Shown here piece by piece: positions 1 through 9,425 of a stretch of DNA of 60,561 nucleotides. The stretch is from Thiohalomonadaceae bacterium. GTDB lineage: Bacteria > Pseudomonadota > Gammaproteobacteria > Thiohalomonadales > Thiohalomonadaceae. The DNA lies in contig JBFEWO010000001.1 of NCBI GenBank assembly GCA_041546305.1, positions 1 through 60,561 on the forward strand, written 5' to 3'. The notes under the pieces are model-generated. The model ran no database searches. It saw only the letters and a program-made list of their open reading frames with translations, and was not told the origin of the DNA. The position numbers and the translations under genes are program-made. Within the stretch, counting starts at the first letter, position 1, and the number at the start of each line of letters is the position of its first letter.

Positions 1-25
1 CTTTTACTTCAGCAAAAGTGCCTAC

Positions 26-523
26 ATGGATGATCAGGACAGCGATGATTCCATACTGGTCTTCGGCTACCTCGATGATTCCGAAGCGCCTTTTGTTATG
101 AAGGAAGCGGAACTCAGGCAGGTTCGCCCCACGACAGACGAGCCAATCAAGGAGGTCCGCAGCAATAGTGAAGGACTCTTCTATCTGGAAAATCTTCCGG
201 TTGGATCATATAGACTGGTGAGTTTCAACGGACCGGACAGAGGCCTCCTCTCAGACGGTTACTGGCAGTGGTCAATCACGGACAAATACGGCAAAAAGGG
301 ATTTGAACGGGCGGAATTTCGCGCGCGCGTGCCTGGCCTCTATTACATTGGGGCATATAAAATTGACAAGGTTAAAGAAGGCGGACTCTTTAGCCTTGCA
401 AAGTACGAAACTGTAGGCATTAAAGGACCATCAGAAAAAGAGTTGCTAAAAAAGATGCTTGAATATGCCGAAGGCACCAAGTGGGAGCGCCGCATCGCTC
501 AGAGAATTGCACAGCTGAAATAA
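26..523 (+). CDS. Hypothetical protein, possibly 5'-truncated by the window edge. It contains a CarboxypepD_reg-like segment (GLFYLENLPVGSYRLVS).
   Basis: 165 aa ORF. The same frame has no stop codon back to base 2, so the gene may start upstream of the window. No confident family motif was seen. Confidence 0.45.
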   Translation: MDDQDSDDSILVFGYLDDSEAPFVMKEAELRQVRPTTDEPIKEVRSNSEGLFYLENLPVGSYRLVSFNGPDRGLLSDGYWQWSITDKYGKKGFERAEFRARVPGLYYIGAYKIDKVKEGGLFSLAKYETVGIKGPSEKELLKKMLEYAEGTKWERRIAQRIAQLK

Positions 524-534
524 GGAGAATTTCA

Positions 535-1149
535 ATGCGCCAATTTCACTATTTAAAAATCTCTACTGTTATTGCACTGGCACTCCTGGCGGTAGGCTGC
601 GCAATGCCTCAGATGTCCATCACTGATCTGGAAGAGGTCTCACCCGATCATGTCGTCTACTTCGGAAGAGTCCAGCTTTCACCGCGCTTAAGCAAAGATG
701 AGGTTGTTTATAAAAATGTAATCAACCTCAGTGACCAAGAGTTGCACAAGGTGCTTTACCTGAAGGCCTCCGATGCCTATTACGACCTTGGAGGTGGGCA
801 TGCCATGGACTTTGGAGGCTCCTTGGCGACGAACGACGGTGAATTTTACTTCTACTCCTGGGACAAGGAATCACCATTCATCATTTTGGGTGTTTCCTTC
901 ATCACACACTGGTCATCGTCAAACCGAGAGACCATGACACTCCGGATCAATGATGGCATCAAGGCTAAGCACAGCGGTAAATCTCGTGCGGTGTATATTG
1001 GCGATATTACCTTTGTCCGCGACGAATTCTTCAACATCAAGGACATTAAAATCGACCAGTCCGGGTACAAGGCCGCAAAGAGGGAGTTCAAAAAGAGATT
1101 CCATCAGCAGTGGAAGACAGAAAAGGCCGTACTTACTGCAGCGCGTTGA
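535..1149 (+). CDS. Hypothetical lipoprotein
   Basis: An internal ATG at 535 is preceded by AAGGAGAA (523-530). The N-terminus MRQFHYLKISTVIALALLAVGC has a signal peptide plus lipobox (LAVGC). No recognisable catalytic motif. Confidence 0.6.
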   Translation: MRQFHYLKISTVIALALLAVGCAMPQMSITDLEEVSPDHVVYFGRVQLSPRLSKDEVVYKNVINLSDQELHKVLYLKASDAYYDLGGGHAMDFGGSLATNDGEFYFYSWDKESPFIILGVSFITHWSSSNRETMTLRINDGIKAKHSGKSRAVYIGDITFVRDEFFNIKDIKIDQSGYKAAKREFKKRFHQQWKTEKAVLTAAR

Positions 1150-1269
1150 TAATTTCACTTCTGTTCCAGTGACAGCTGTAAATTCACAGCTGTCACTGAA
1201 TCGTGCCTCTATGCTTTTTCCTTAATTCCATTGCGATTCAACATTACAGGAAGTACCACCGTACAGAGG

Positions 1270-2931
1270 TCAGACCGTCTCGAGGTATTTGTGAATCAGG
1301 CTAACTGCCACCGCACCCTGCCCGACCGCAGAGGCTACACGGCGAATCACTCCGTGCCTCACATCACCGGCGGCAAAAATTCCCGGCACGCTAGTTTCCA
1401 GCAGAAAGGGGTCACGCTTTGGCTTCCAGTTTGCTGGGCGTCGCCCATTGCGGATCAGATCCTGACCGGTGTAGATGAATCCGGCCTCGTCCCGTTCGAT
1501 GAGTTCACCGAGAAAAGCGGTACCAGGCACAGCACCGATGAAGATAAAAATCGCATCGGCGGCTACCGTTTCAATGGCACCCGTCTTATTGTTCTTGATC
1601 ATGATAGTTTCGAGATGCTCGCCGCCCTCGACGCCGACCACCTCGGTGTTTAACATCACATTGATATTTTCCGTACTATCAATCTGGTTGATCAAGTACT
1701 GCGACATGCTGTGCTGCAGCGTATCGCGACGGAACAAGATACCTACCTCTTTCGCGAAACGAGAGAGGTACATGGCACCCTGTCCGGCGGAGTTTGCACC
1801 GCCAACCACATAAACCTGTTTGTCCTTGTAGTAGGCTGCCTCGGAGGCGGCTGCCCCGTAATACACCGAGCCGCCCACTAAGGGATCGATACCCGGGACC
1901 TCGAGCTTACGAACCTCAACACCGGTTGAAATAAGAAGGGCGTGGCAACTCAACTCGGTCCCATCACTCAGCGTAACAATGCGATAGGGGTCCTCTACCC
2001 TCACCCCGGTTACCTGCTGGGCCGTCAGCATCTCTGCGCCTAGCCGCTGGGCCTGGGCCGTGGCGCGTCGCGCCAGATCCGCCCCGCTTATCCCCTGAGG
2101 AAAACCCAGATAATTCTCGATACGGGAGCTTGTCCCGGCTTGTCCCCCAGCAGCTTCTCGCTCGATTACGATCGTCTTCAGCCCCTCCGAGGCACCGTAT
2201 ACCGCCCCCGCAAGTCCAGCCGGGCCGGCACCGATAATGATGAGATCATAAAAAGGCTGTTTGGCCTGGGTCGACATACCGACCTTAGCCGCCAAGGTGC
2301 CAAGATCAGGGGCGACCAGGGTCGAACCATCAGGAAAAAAAAGCACCGGCAACTTCGGGCGCTCATCGGCGATCGATTCGACCAGAGCCCTGGCTTCCTG
2401 ATCCTTTTCGATATCCAACCACTGGTAAGGAATTTGACAACGGGCAAGAAACTCTTTGACATAGTGCGAGCTTGCAGACCACAGGGTGCCCGCCACACGG
2501 ATTCCGTCATAGGGCACCGGCACGCTGGCAATACAGTCGCTCAGCAGGTCGTCCAACACCGGATAGAGACGTTCTTCTGGCGGGTCCCAGGGTTTCATCA
2601 AGTAATAGTCGAGGTTGATGGCATTGATGCTGGCTATTGCCGCGTCGGTATCGGCGTAGGCAGTGAGCAACACTTTTTTGGTTTCGGGATAGAGCTGTAT
2701 GGCCTCTTCCAGAAACTCCACGCCACTCATCGATGGCATACGCTGATCCACCAGGAACAACGCTATGGGATCATTTCTTCGCTTGAACTCCTGGACTGTC
2801 TCGAGTGCATCCTCACCGGAACCGGCCTTAACGATACGATAGTCTTTTTGATAGTTTGACTGCAGGTCCCTGGCAATCGCGTTGAGCACCTGCGGCTCGT
2901 CATCGATAGTCATGATGATTGGCTTTGCCAT
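1270..2931 (-). CDS. Response-regulator receiver fused to a thioredoxin-reductase-like FAD/NAD(P)H flavoprotein that has no CxxC
   Basis: The likely start is the ATG at 2931, with AAGGAG 9-10 nt upstream. The receiver has canonical residues (DDE..., FLVDQRMP, LLTAYAD, LMKPW). The FAD motif is IIIGAGPAGLAG and the NAD(P)H motifs are VVGGANSAGQ and FRRD. Where TrxB has ACATCDG, this protein has GAAASEA. Confidence 0.85.
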   Translation of the reverse strand: MAKPIIMTIDDEPQVLNAIARDLQSNYQKDYRIVKAGSGEDALETVQEFKRRNDPIALFLVDQRMPSMSGVEFLEEAIQLYPETKKVLLTAYADTDAAIASINAINLDYYLMKPWDPPEERLYPVLDDLLSDCIASVPVPYDGIRVAGTLWSASSHYVKEFLARCQIPYQWLDIEKDQEARALVESIADERPKLPVLFFPDGSTLVAPDLGTLAAKVGMSTQAKQPFYDLIIIGAGPAGLAGAVYGASEGLKTIVIEREAAGGQAGTSSRIENYLGFPQGISGADLARRATAQAQRLGAEMLTAQQVTGVRVEDPYRIVTLSDGTELSCHALLISTGVEVRKLEVPGIDPLVGGSVYYGAAASEAAYYKDKQVYVVGGANSAGQGAMYLSRFAKEVGILFRRDTLQHSMSQYLINQIDSTENINVMLNTEVVGVEGGEHLETIMIKNNKTGAIETVAADAIFIFIGAVPGTAFLGELIERDEAGFIYTGQDLIRNGRRPANWKPKRDPFLLETSVPGIFAAGDVRHGVIRRVASAVGQGAVAVSLIHKYLETV

Positions 2932-2957
2932 CTTCCCGTACTCCTTCGTCTCCTGGA

Positions 2958-5189
2958 TCACTCAGTGGGATTGAAGTCCAAAGGCAGGCGAACCGAGAAA
3001 CAGGTGCTGCCTGGCTCTGACTTCACCGACATCTGACCTTGGTGTTTCTGAACAATCAGGTTGCGGCTAATGTTTAACCCTAACCCTGTGCCCTTGCCGG
3101 GTCCTTTGGTAGTAAAAAAAGGATCGAAGATCTTCGGCAGATTCTCCGCAGGAATACCCGGACCGTTATCCTCTATCTCGACCACTACCCAGCGTCCCTC
3201 CTCACGGGCGCGGACGATCAGGGTGCCCTCACCGTTCATGGCATCAATTGCGTTGTCGATGATGTTTGTCCAGACCTGGTTCAACTCACCCGCATAGGCC
3301 TGAATAAGCGGCAAATCATCAGCATACTTACGGACCACGGTGACACCCTGCTTCAGTTTGTTGTGAAGAATGATTAGCGTGTTATCCAGCCCCTCGCGCA
3401 CATCAACCGATTGCACCGGTGCCTGGTCCATATAGGTGTAGGTCTTAAGTGCCTTGACCAGTTCAACAATTCGCCCGGTTCCGATACTGATTTCACGCAC
3501 CAGGCTGTAAATAGCAAACTTGAAACTGACCCAGTCGACAACAACCGGAAGCTGTGTATCCGGGAAGACCTTTGCCAACGCCTCCAGGTCTTCCAGGGCA
3601 TAACCAAAACTGACGAGGGACGGCACCAGATCACCACGGCTATCGATGTCGCGGGATAACAACCAAGCTTCGAGCGTGGTTTCACGATCGCTACGGGTGA
3701 GAGCATTTAACTCGACAGGCTGTCGGGAGCGCTGTTTGGCAGCCTCATCAAGCTCTGACAGTTTCTCCACCTGTCTCTGGTCAAATGAAAGCTCACCCAT
3801 GCGTACCTGGACGCTTTGCCACTTCGAAAACGTCTCCTGCAGTTGAGCAGCACTGCGTTGTGCCGCGGCAGCAGGATTATTCAATTCATGCGCCATGCCG
3901 GCACTGAGTTTACCCAGAGAAGCCATCTTCTCCTGCATGATGAGCTGATTGTGCATCGTATTGAGTTTATTCAGGGTCTCTTCCAGCTCTTCATTCTTTC
4001 TCTTCATCTCCTCGGTTTTTTCCCGCAGCGCTTGCTCGCTCTGCCGAAGCGCTTCCTCCGCCCGCTTGCGCTCGCCAATATCGCGGATAATGCCGGTGTA
4101 GTACCGATCGTCACGGACCGTCCAGGTCGATAGGGAGAGTTCGATAGGCACTTCCTCGCCGCTTTTGGTCCGCGCGGCCAGCTCTACCGTTTTACCGATT
4201 ACATGCGCTTCGCCAGTATTGGTAAACCTCGCCATACCGTTGCGATGCAGCTCGTGGAAACGCTCAGGAATGATCATTTCAAGACGTTGGCCAAGCGCCT
4301 CCTCTTCCCTGAAACCAAGGATGTTGGTCGCTGCCTTATTCCAGCTGACGATCTGTCCCGTATGATCGGCAGAGATAATGGCGTCGATGGCCGACTCGGT
4401 CACCGAGCGGAACTTCTGCTCGGCTTGTTTGCGTTCGCTGATGTCACGAATGATGCCGGTATAGTAACGATTGTCATCCAGAAACCAGGTCGCCAGTGAC
4501 AGTTCGACCGGAAACTCGGTACCGTTCTTGCGGATCGCGGCCAATTCGACGGTCTTACCAATAACGTGGCTTGGCCCGCCGGAACTCACCCGATGAATCC
4601 CCTCCTGGTGACTCTGGCGATAGCGCTCCGGGATAATGATCTCTATGGGCTGGCCGAGCACCTCCTCTTCGGTAAAGCCAAACAATGCTGTTGCCGCAGT
4701 ATTCCAGGACCGAATCTTTCCTTCCGCGTCACCTGAAATGATCGCATCGATAGCCGATTCCATGACCGAACGGAACTTCGCTTCCGATTCACGCAGCGCC
4801 ATGCGGACCTTGGACACCGTTACCTGGCGTTCTATTCGTGCCAGCACCTCCCGTTCGTCGAACGGCATCAGGATAAGGTCGTCACCGGACTCCAGACCTT
4901 TGACCCGGGTTTCGGCATCATCTGGTGCGGTCATGAAGATCACCGGGATATCCCGAGTCTGTCTGCTGGATCGCAACTCATCGAGAAGTTCGAAAGGGTT
5001 AGTGCCCGATAGGTGGGTATTCAACAAGACGAGATTGGCGCCGCAGGCCGTGATGGACTTGAGATCGGCTGCCTCGCTGGCGACTTTCTGGACCGTGTAA
5101 TTATCTTTCTGCAGAAGCGTTTGCAGCGCGTTAGCATTTGCCGCGTCATCATCAACAATATAAATGATTCCCCGCTCAGACAATGCCAC
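2958..5189 (-). CDS. Sensor histidine kinase with the domain order degenerate receiver - PAS - PAS - DHp/H-box - HATPase_c
   Basis: There are two about 120 aa PAS units, each ending in YYTGIIRDI(S/G)ERK. A coiled coil follows, then the H-box [11 protein letters not shown]. The C-terminal ATPase has N and G boxes ([23 protein letters not shown]). Its stop codon lies 27 nt upstream of the start of the receiver/TrxR-like gene, so the two probably form an operon. Confidence 0.9.
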   Translation of the reverse strand: MALSERGIIYIVDDDAANANALQTLLQKDNYTVQKVASEAADLKSITACGANLVLLNTHLSGTNPFELLDELRSSRQTRDIPVIFMTAPDDAETRVKGLESGDDLILMPFDEREVLARIERQVTVSKVRMALRESEAKFRSVMESAIDAIISGDAEGKIRSWNTAATALFGFTEEEVLGQPIEIIIPERYRQSHQEGIHRVSSGGPSHVIGKTVELAAIRKNGTEFPVELSLATWFLDDNRYYTGIIRDISERKQAEQKFRSVTESAIDAIISADHTGQIVSWNKAATNILGFREEEALGQRLEMIIPERFHELHRNGMARFTNTGEAHVIGKTVELAARTKSGEEVPIELSLSTWTVRDDRYYTGIIRDIGERKRAEEALRQSEQALREKTEEMKRKNEELEETLNKLNTMHNQLIMQEKMASLGKLSAGMAHELNNPAAAAQRSAAQLQETFSKWQSVQVRMGELSFDQRQVEKLSELDEAAKQRSRQPVELNALTRSDRETTLEAWLLSRDIDSRGDLVPSLVSFGYALEDLEALAKVFPDTQLPVVVDWVSFKFAIYSLVREISIGTGRIVELVKALKTYTYMDQAPVQSVDVREGLDNTLIILHNKLKQGVTVVRKYADDLPLIQAYAGELNQVWTNIIDNAIDAMNGEGTLIVRAREEGRWVVVEIEDNGPGIPAENLPKIFDPFFTTKGPGKGTGLGLNISRNLIVQKHQGQMSVKSEPGSTCFSVRLPLDFNPTE

Positions 5190-5462
5190 ACCCTCATTTG
5201 CCTCGTTTCTTAGCGTAGTTCAAATTCCGACACCGTCCACAGGATCAGTAGGGGCTGCCGGGGTTACCCACCTGAAGAAGTACGAGGAAATATCACCCGC
5301 AGAAACGCATGTAACTGTTTACCGCTAATGGGTGGCGGATTGCAGATGTAAAAGAGGAGCGATGTGTGGGAACCCGTGCCGTACAGGGCCACGAATGAAG
5401 AGGGCTTGCGAATGATGCCCAGGGCAGCGCAATAAGTCTCCCCCGGGCAGAAGAGTATTTTT

Positions 5463-6305
5463 TCAGAATCCCAGGCTAAGCTGGCCGATCAGCCGGTTCT
5501 GCGTGGTATTCAGGTCCGTGTAATTCACACTCTGTCCGGCAACTGTCAGGCTGAGGTTATCATTCGCATAGCGAAGGCCGGGACTAACCGCGGTGTGGTT
5601 CTGGACCACGCCGGCAATATCCTTTTTCAACACCTGATTGAACTCGGTAAAAAATGAGAGGTTATTATCGTCGGAAATGGGAAAGGCAAAACCGACATTG
5701 AATTTGCCGTACTTTTCCTTGTAGGGAGAGCTCGATGACATCTGGTCGATCGCAACGACCTCACCCTCGAAATAGAGCCCGATATAACCATCATCCTTGA
5801 GAGCGTTTTCGCCTGCGGCCGTGACATTGAACTTGAGGCCAAGACTGTCCACTTCCCTGAAGCCCTTGTTCTCGTCCCCTGTCGGCAGGATGGCGCCGAG
5901 CCCCAGAGACATGGCAAACAGGCTGTCACTTTGCTCACGGAATTTCCATTTGATCATCGCCTCGGCATCGCCCAAGCCTGTGTCCGTGTTACCGACAAGG
6001 TCCTTGACGTTGAAGCTCTTGGTCTTCAACCCGAGCTCGACATTGTCACTGAAACCGATACGCAGCGCGCCGATGACCTCGTTGTAGTCCTGATACATAC
6101 CGGGGAGAGAATCAGCGAAAGTGGCGCCACCAACAGCGGTCATACCGGCGCCCATGGTGTGGGGCAGATTCATATTAAGAAGCCCGGTCAGACCGCTCAG
6201 GTTGGGGGCGCGAGAGACATCGGAGGCACGGTAGCTCTGTGCCGTAGCCACGGAAGAAGATACAATAAGCCCAATAAAAAACAGACACTTACCGGTGGCC
6301 TTCAT
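5463..6305 (-). CDS. Putative outer-membrane beta-barrel protein
   Basis: Start at MKATGKCLFFIGLIVSSSVATAQS (signal peptide). The sequence shows alternating amphipathic strands and the C-terminus is ...GQLSLGF with a terminal Phe, which is typical of outer-membrane beta-barrels. Confidence 0.6.
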   Translation of the reverse strand: MKATGKCLFFIGLIVSSSVATAQSYRASDVSRAPNLSGLTGLLNMNLPHTMGAGMTAVGGATFADSLPGMYQDYNEVIGALRIGFSDNVELGLKTKSFNVKDLVGNTDTGLGDAEAMIKWKFREQSDSLFAMSLGLGAILPTGDENKGFREVDSLGLKFNVTAAGENALKDDGYIGLYFEGEVVAIDQMSSSSPYKEKYGKFNVGFAFPISDDNNLSFFTEFNQVLKKDIAGVVQNHTAVSPGLRYANDNLSLTVAGQSVNYTDLNTTQNRLIGQLSLGF

Positions 6306-6567
6306 CCGAAACTCCCTCCTCAAAACAAGAAATGATTAATATTATTGATGACGATAGTTCACGATAACGCCTTAAAAATCAAGTACTAGCCGCGTTTTTT
6401 GCGAGAAATTTGGAAATATGCCAGTAAGATTTACTCAGGATTTGAGTGGCGCTTTTCCCCAACCCCGTAACTACTCACCAACCTCCCCGGCAAAGGATTT
6501 TGCCTGTTCGATAGTCATGGGGATAAAATCAGGAAAAAATCACCCGAACTAGGGAGGGGTATCAACC

Positions 6568-7308
6568 ATGCGCAGGATTTCGCTCTTTGGAGCGCTTATT
6601 CTACTCTTCCTGGCTTCCCCCCTCAGCGTTACCGCGGAGAGTGAAGCCCCTACTGAAAGCGCTGTCGTAGCGACACTCATCAAGGAGGAGGGGCGGGTTC
6701 AGCTGCTGCGCAAAGGGGAGATCCGTAAGCGCAACGCGACCGTAGGCGCGGCGCTTGCCGCTGGCGACATGCTCATTACCCTGGCTGATAGCCGAGCCGA
6801 ACTGAGGATGAGCGACGGTTCAACACTCGTCCTTACCAGCGATTCACGCCTAACCCTGATTAATCCGGATAGGATTCGACAGGGGAAAGGCACCATCTAC
6901 TATGAGATACGCCCCCGTCTGGTGGATCACAGGCTTTCCGTGGAGACCGACTTCGTTGTCATCGGCGTTAAAGGCACCACCTTTCTCGTTGCCAGCAATG
7001 AGAACGATCGTCGTCTCTCGATGAAGGAGGGCAGTGTCGACGTCGCCTCGCTGGCAGGGGGCTTCGAGCTCTACCGCGAAAAGGACATGGATGAATACCA
7101 GCGATACCTTCAGGAGCGGCAACAGGAGTTCGAGGCATATCAAAGCCAGCAGCAAGCTGAGTTCGTCGCCTTCGTCAAAGAGTTTGAAGTGGTTGCCTCT
7201 CGGACTGTCGCGTTTGACGGTGGGCGAGCCTTTGAGCAGGCCAACAGTGCCGCAATCGACGCCGAGTTTGCCTCCATCGAAGCCTTTCTCAGTGAGCAGT
7301 CTGAATGA
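6568..7308 (+). CDS. FecR-domain periplasmic protein
   Basis: Signal peptide MRRISLFGALILLFLASPLSVTA. The FecR-like core reads GDMLITLADSRAELRMSDGSTLVLTSDSRL...GTIYYE...VIGVKGTTFLV. Its stop overlaps the next start (ATGA at 7305-7308). Confidence 0.75.
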   Translation: MRRISLFGALILLFLASPLSVTAESEAPTESAVVATLIKEEGRVQLLRKGEIRKRNATVGAALAAGDMLITLADSRAELRMSDGSTLVLTSDSRLTLINPDRIRQGKGTIYYEIRPRLVDHRLSVETDFVVIGVKGTTFLVASNENDRRLSMKEGSVDVASLAGGFELYREKDMDEYQRYLQERQQEFEAYQSQQQAEFVAFVKEFEVVASRTVAFDGGRAFEQANSAAIDAEFASIEAFLSEQSE

Positions 7309-9362
7309 GAGCAATGCCAGGACGCCACTGGCCGAGCCTCGGTTTGCTAGCGTCCATTATGCTACTGTGGTGGTGGCAAGTCCCGCCTTTCAATCTCATT
7401 GCCCTCAAATTCAACGACCTCAATTTTGCCCTGCACCGTGACGTCCCCAACCCCCAGGTGGTGATGGTTACGGTCGACGAAAGGAGCGTCAATCGCTATG
7501 GCCGCTGGCCCTGGGACCGGGCGGTATTCGCCGAAGGGCTGGCGCCGCTGGCGGATGCCTCCGTGGTGTTGTTTGATCTGGTCTTCTCCGAACCGACCAC
7601 CCGTAAAGCAGACAGCACCCTTGCCGAGCGTATCGCGCGGATGGATAACGTCATCTGCGGTTTCTTTTTCAGAAACGAAGCGAGCGAAGAGCTCCCTACA
7701 GGAGCGCATAATCTCCTGCATGAATCGGCGCTGGAGCGCATCCAGCTAAAGCGCTCCGCATTACTTGGCAGCCCTTATATTGAAGTCAATACCATGCCAC
7801 TGTTACAGAGTTGCAGTGGCAGCGCCGCCTTCTCAACCCTGTTGGATGCCGATGCGCTGACACGACGCTACCCGCTCGCGCTCAACTTTCACGGCGAACT
7901 CTATCCTTCACTTGGTGTACAGGCGTTGCGCTATCACCTGAACCGCGACCTGGAAATGCACGAAAGCACTGGCTGGCTCAGCGCCCACCTTGGAGAGCAG
8001 TCGATACCGGTAGAGCAATTCGGCCTGGTCAAACTCAATTTCTACCCCCTGGAGAGCTACCGACAGATCCCCTTTGTCGATCTCGCCGAGGGGCGCGTGC
8101 CTCAGAGTGAGATTGCCGGCAAGATCGTAATTATTGGCATCTCCGAGGCGGGAGTGACTGATCTCCGTGCCAGCCCTCTGGGCCAGACTCCCGGGCCGCT
8201 GATGCACTACACCTTCATCGCCAATGTCCTCGATGGTGCCATGATTCACCATTACCGCTGGCTCGATGGCCTGGCGCTGCTGATACTCGGAATGTTGCCC
8301 TTGGTAACCGTTGCCCTGGTCGGAAATGTGCTTCCTCGTGCACTCATCTACCTGGGCGCTGGCGTGCTTTTCCTCGGCCTGGGCAAACTGGCTTATCACC
8401 TCACCTGGCTGTGGCTGGATAGCTTCTATCCGTTGTTTGCACTCCTGGCACTGTCCATCCTGAATGAGCTGCAGGCCTATCGACGCAGCGAGGAGGAGAA
8501 CCGTTTCATCCTCGAGGCCTTCAAGAGCTATGTCTCGCCACAACTGCTCAAGGTTCTCACCCGCAACCGCAAAAGCCTCAGTCTCGGCGGAGAAGTACGC
8601 GAGGTGACCCTGCTGTTCAGTGATATCCGTGGCTTTACCACCCTCTCTGAGGGTCTGGATTCGCGCCGCCTGGTGCAGCTGCTCAACACCTATTTTGATC
8701 CATTGACCAGAGTGATCGTGGGTAATGGCGGTATGCTGGACAAGTATATCGGCGATGCCATTATGGCCATTTTTAACGCCCCTGTAGACCTGCCGGAACA
8801 TCCCCGCGCAGCAGCTAGCAGTGCGCTGGAAATGATCCGCACAGTGGAGCGTCTCAACCATGAGCTGGAGCAACAGCAAATGCCACGAATCACCATTGGC
8901 ATCGGCCTTAACACCGGCGATGCCGTAGTAGGCAACATGGGCTCATCACTGCGCTTCAATTACACGGCAATTGGCGACACCGTTAATCTTGCCTCACGCC
9001 TCGAGGCACAGACCAAGGCCTACCGCTGCCAAATCATCATCAGCGAGGCCACCGCCATGGCGTTGGGAGATGAGTTTCTGCTGCGCCGACTCGATCGGGT
9101 GCGGGTCAAAGGTAAGCAACAGGCCGTGCAAATCTATGAACTGATGGAAGATAACGAAGACAATCGCCGGATCAAGACCGATTTTGAAAGCGCCCTCGCC
9201 GCCTATGAGGCCGGGCTTTTCGATGAAGCGGAGGCGGGATTCCGCCGCTGTGTGGATGAGTATTCAGATGCGACTGCAGAGGTCTTCGCCGAGAGATGCC
9301 GGCAGAAATGCACAGATGACGCCATCTGGATTACTTCCAGCACAGGAAACCAGGGGATTTAA
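7305..9362 (+). CDS. CHASE2-domain class III adenylate/guanylate cyclase
   Basis: The N-terminal part is CHASE2-like (VTVDERSVNRYGRWPWDR) and is followed by three or four transmembrane helices. The cyclase core reads VTLLFSDIRGFTTLSE...YIGDAIMAIFNAP...GLNTGDAVVGNMGS..RFNYTAIGDTVNLASRLE. Confidence 0.9.
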   Translation: MRAMPGRHWPSLGLLASIMLLWWWQVPPFNLIALKFNDLNFALHRDVPNPQVVMVTVDERSVNRYGRWPWDRAVFAEGLAPLADASVVLFDLVFSEPTTRKADSTLAERIARMDNVICGFFFRNEASEELPTGAHNLLHESALERIQLKRSALLGSPYIEVNTMPLLQSCSGSAAFSTLLDADALTRRYPLALNFHGELYPSLGVQALRYHLNRDLEMHESTGWLSAHLGEQSIPVEQFGLVKLNFYPLESYRQIPFVDLAEGRVPQSEIAGKIVIIGISEAGVTDLRASPLGQTPGPLMHYTFIANVLDGAMIHHYRWLDGLALLILGMLPLVTVALVGNVLPRALIYLGAGVLFLGLGKLAYHLTWLWLDSFYPLFALLALSILNELQAYRRSEEENRFILEAFKSYVSPQLLKVLTRNRKSLSLGGEVREVTLLFSDIRGFTTLSEGLDSRRLVQLLNTYFDPLTRVIVGNGGMLDKYIGDAIMAIFNAPVDLPEHPRAAASSALEMIRTVERLNHELEQQQMPRITIGIGLNTGDAVVGNMGSSLRFNYTAIGDTVNLASRLEAQTKAYRCQIIISEATAMALGDEFLLRRLDRVRVKGKQQAVQIYELMEDNEDNRRIKTDFESALAAYEAGLFDEAEAGFRRCVDEYSDATAEVFAERCRQKCTDDAIWITSSTGNQGI

Positions 9363-9425
9363 TCAGCGCAGGTTTCTCAGACGGAAGTGGTGCGACGACA
9401 GGGCTATCAGCTGCCCGGTCCTGAA

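Noticed and set aside
7908-8879. A 323 aa minus-strand ORF inside the CHASE2 cyclase. Similar long antisense ORFs lie at 10029-10760, 27648-28385, 42808-43458, 45258-45803, 46177-46776, 46984-47745 and 57361-58149.
   Set aside because: Each is fully embedded in a gene with clear family motifs on the other strand, and none has recognisable motifs or an RBS. I treat them all as frame shadows.
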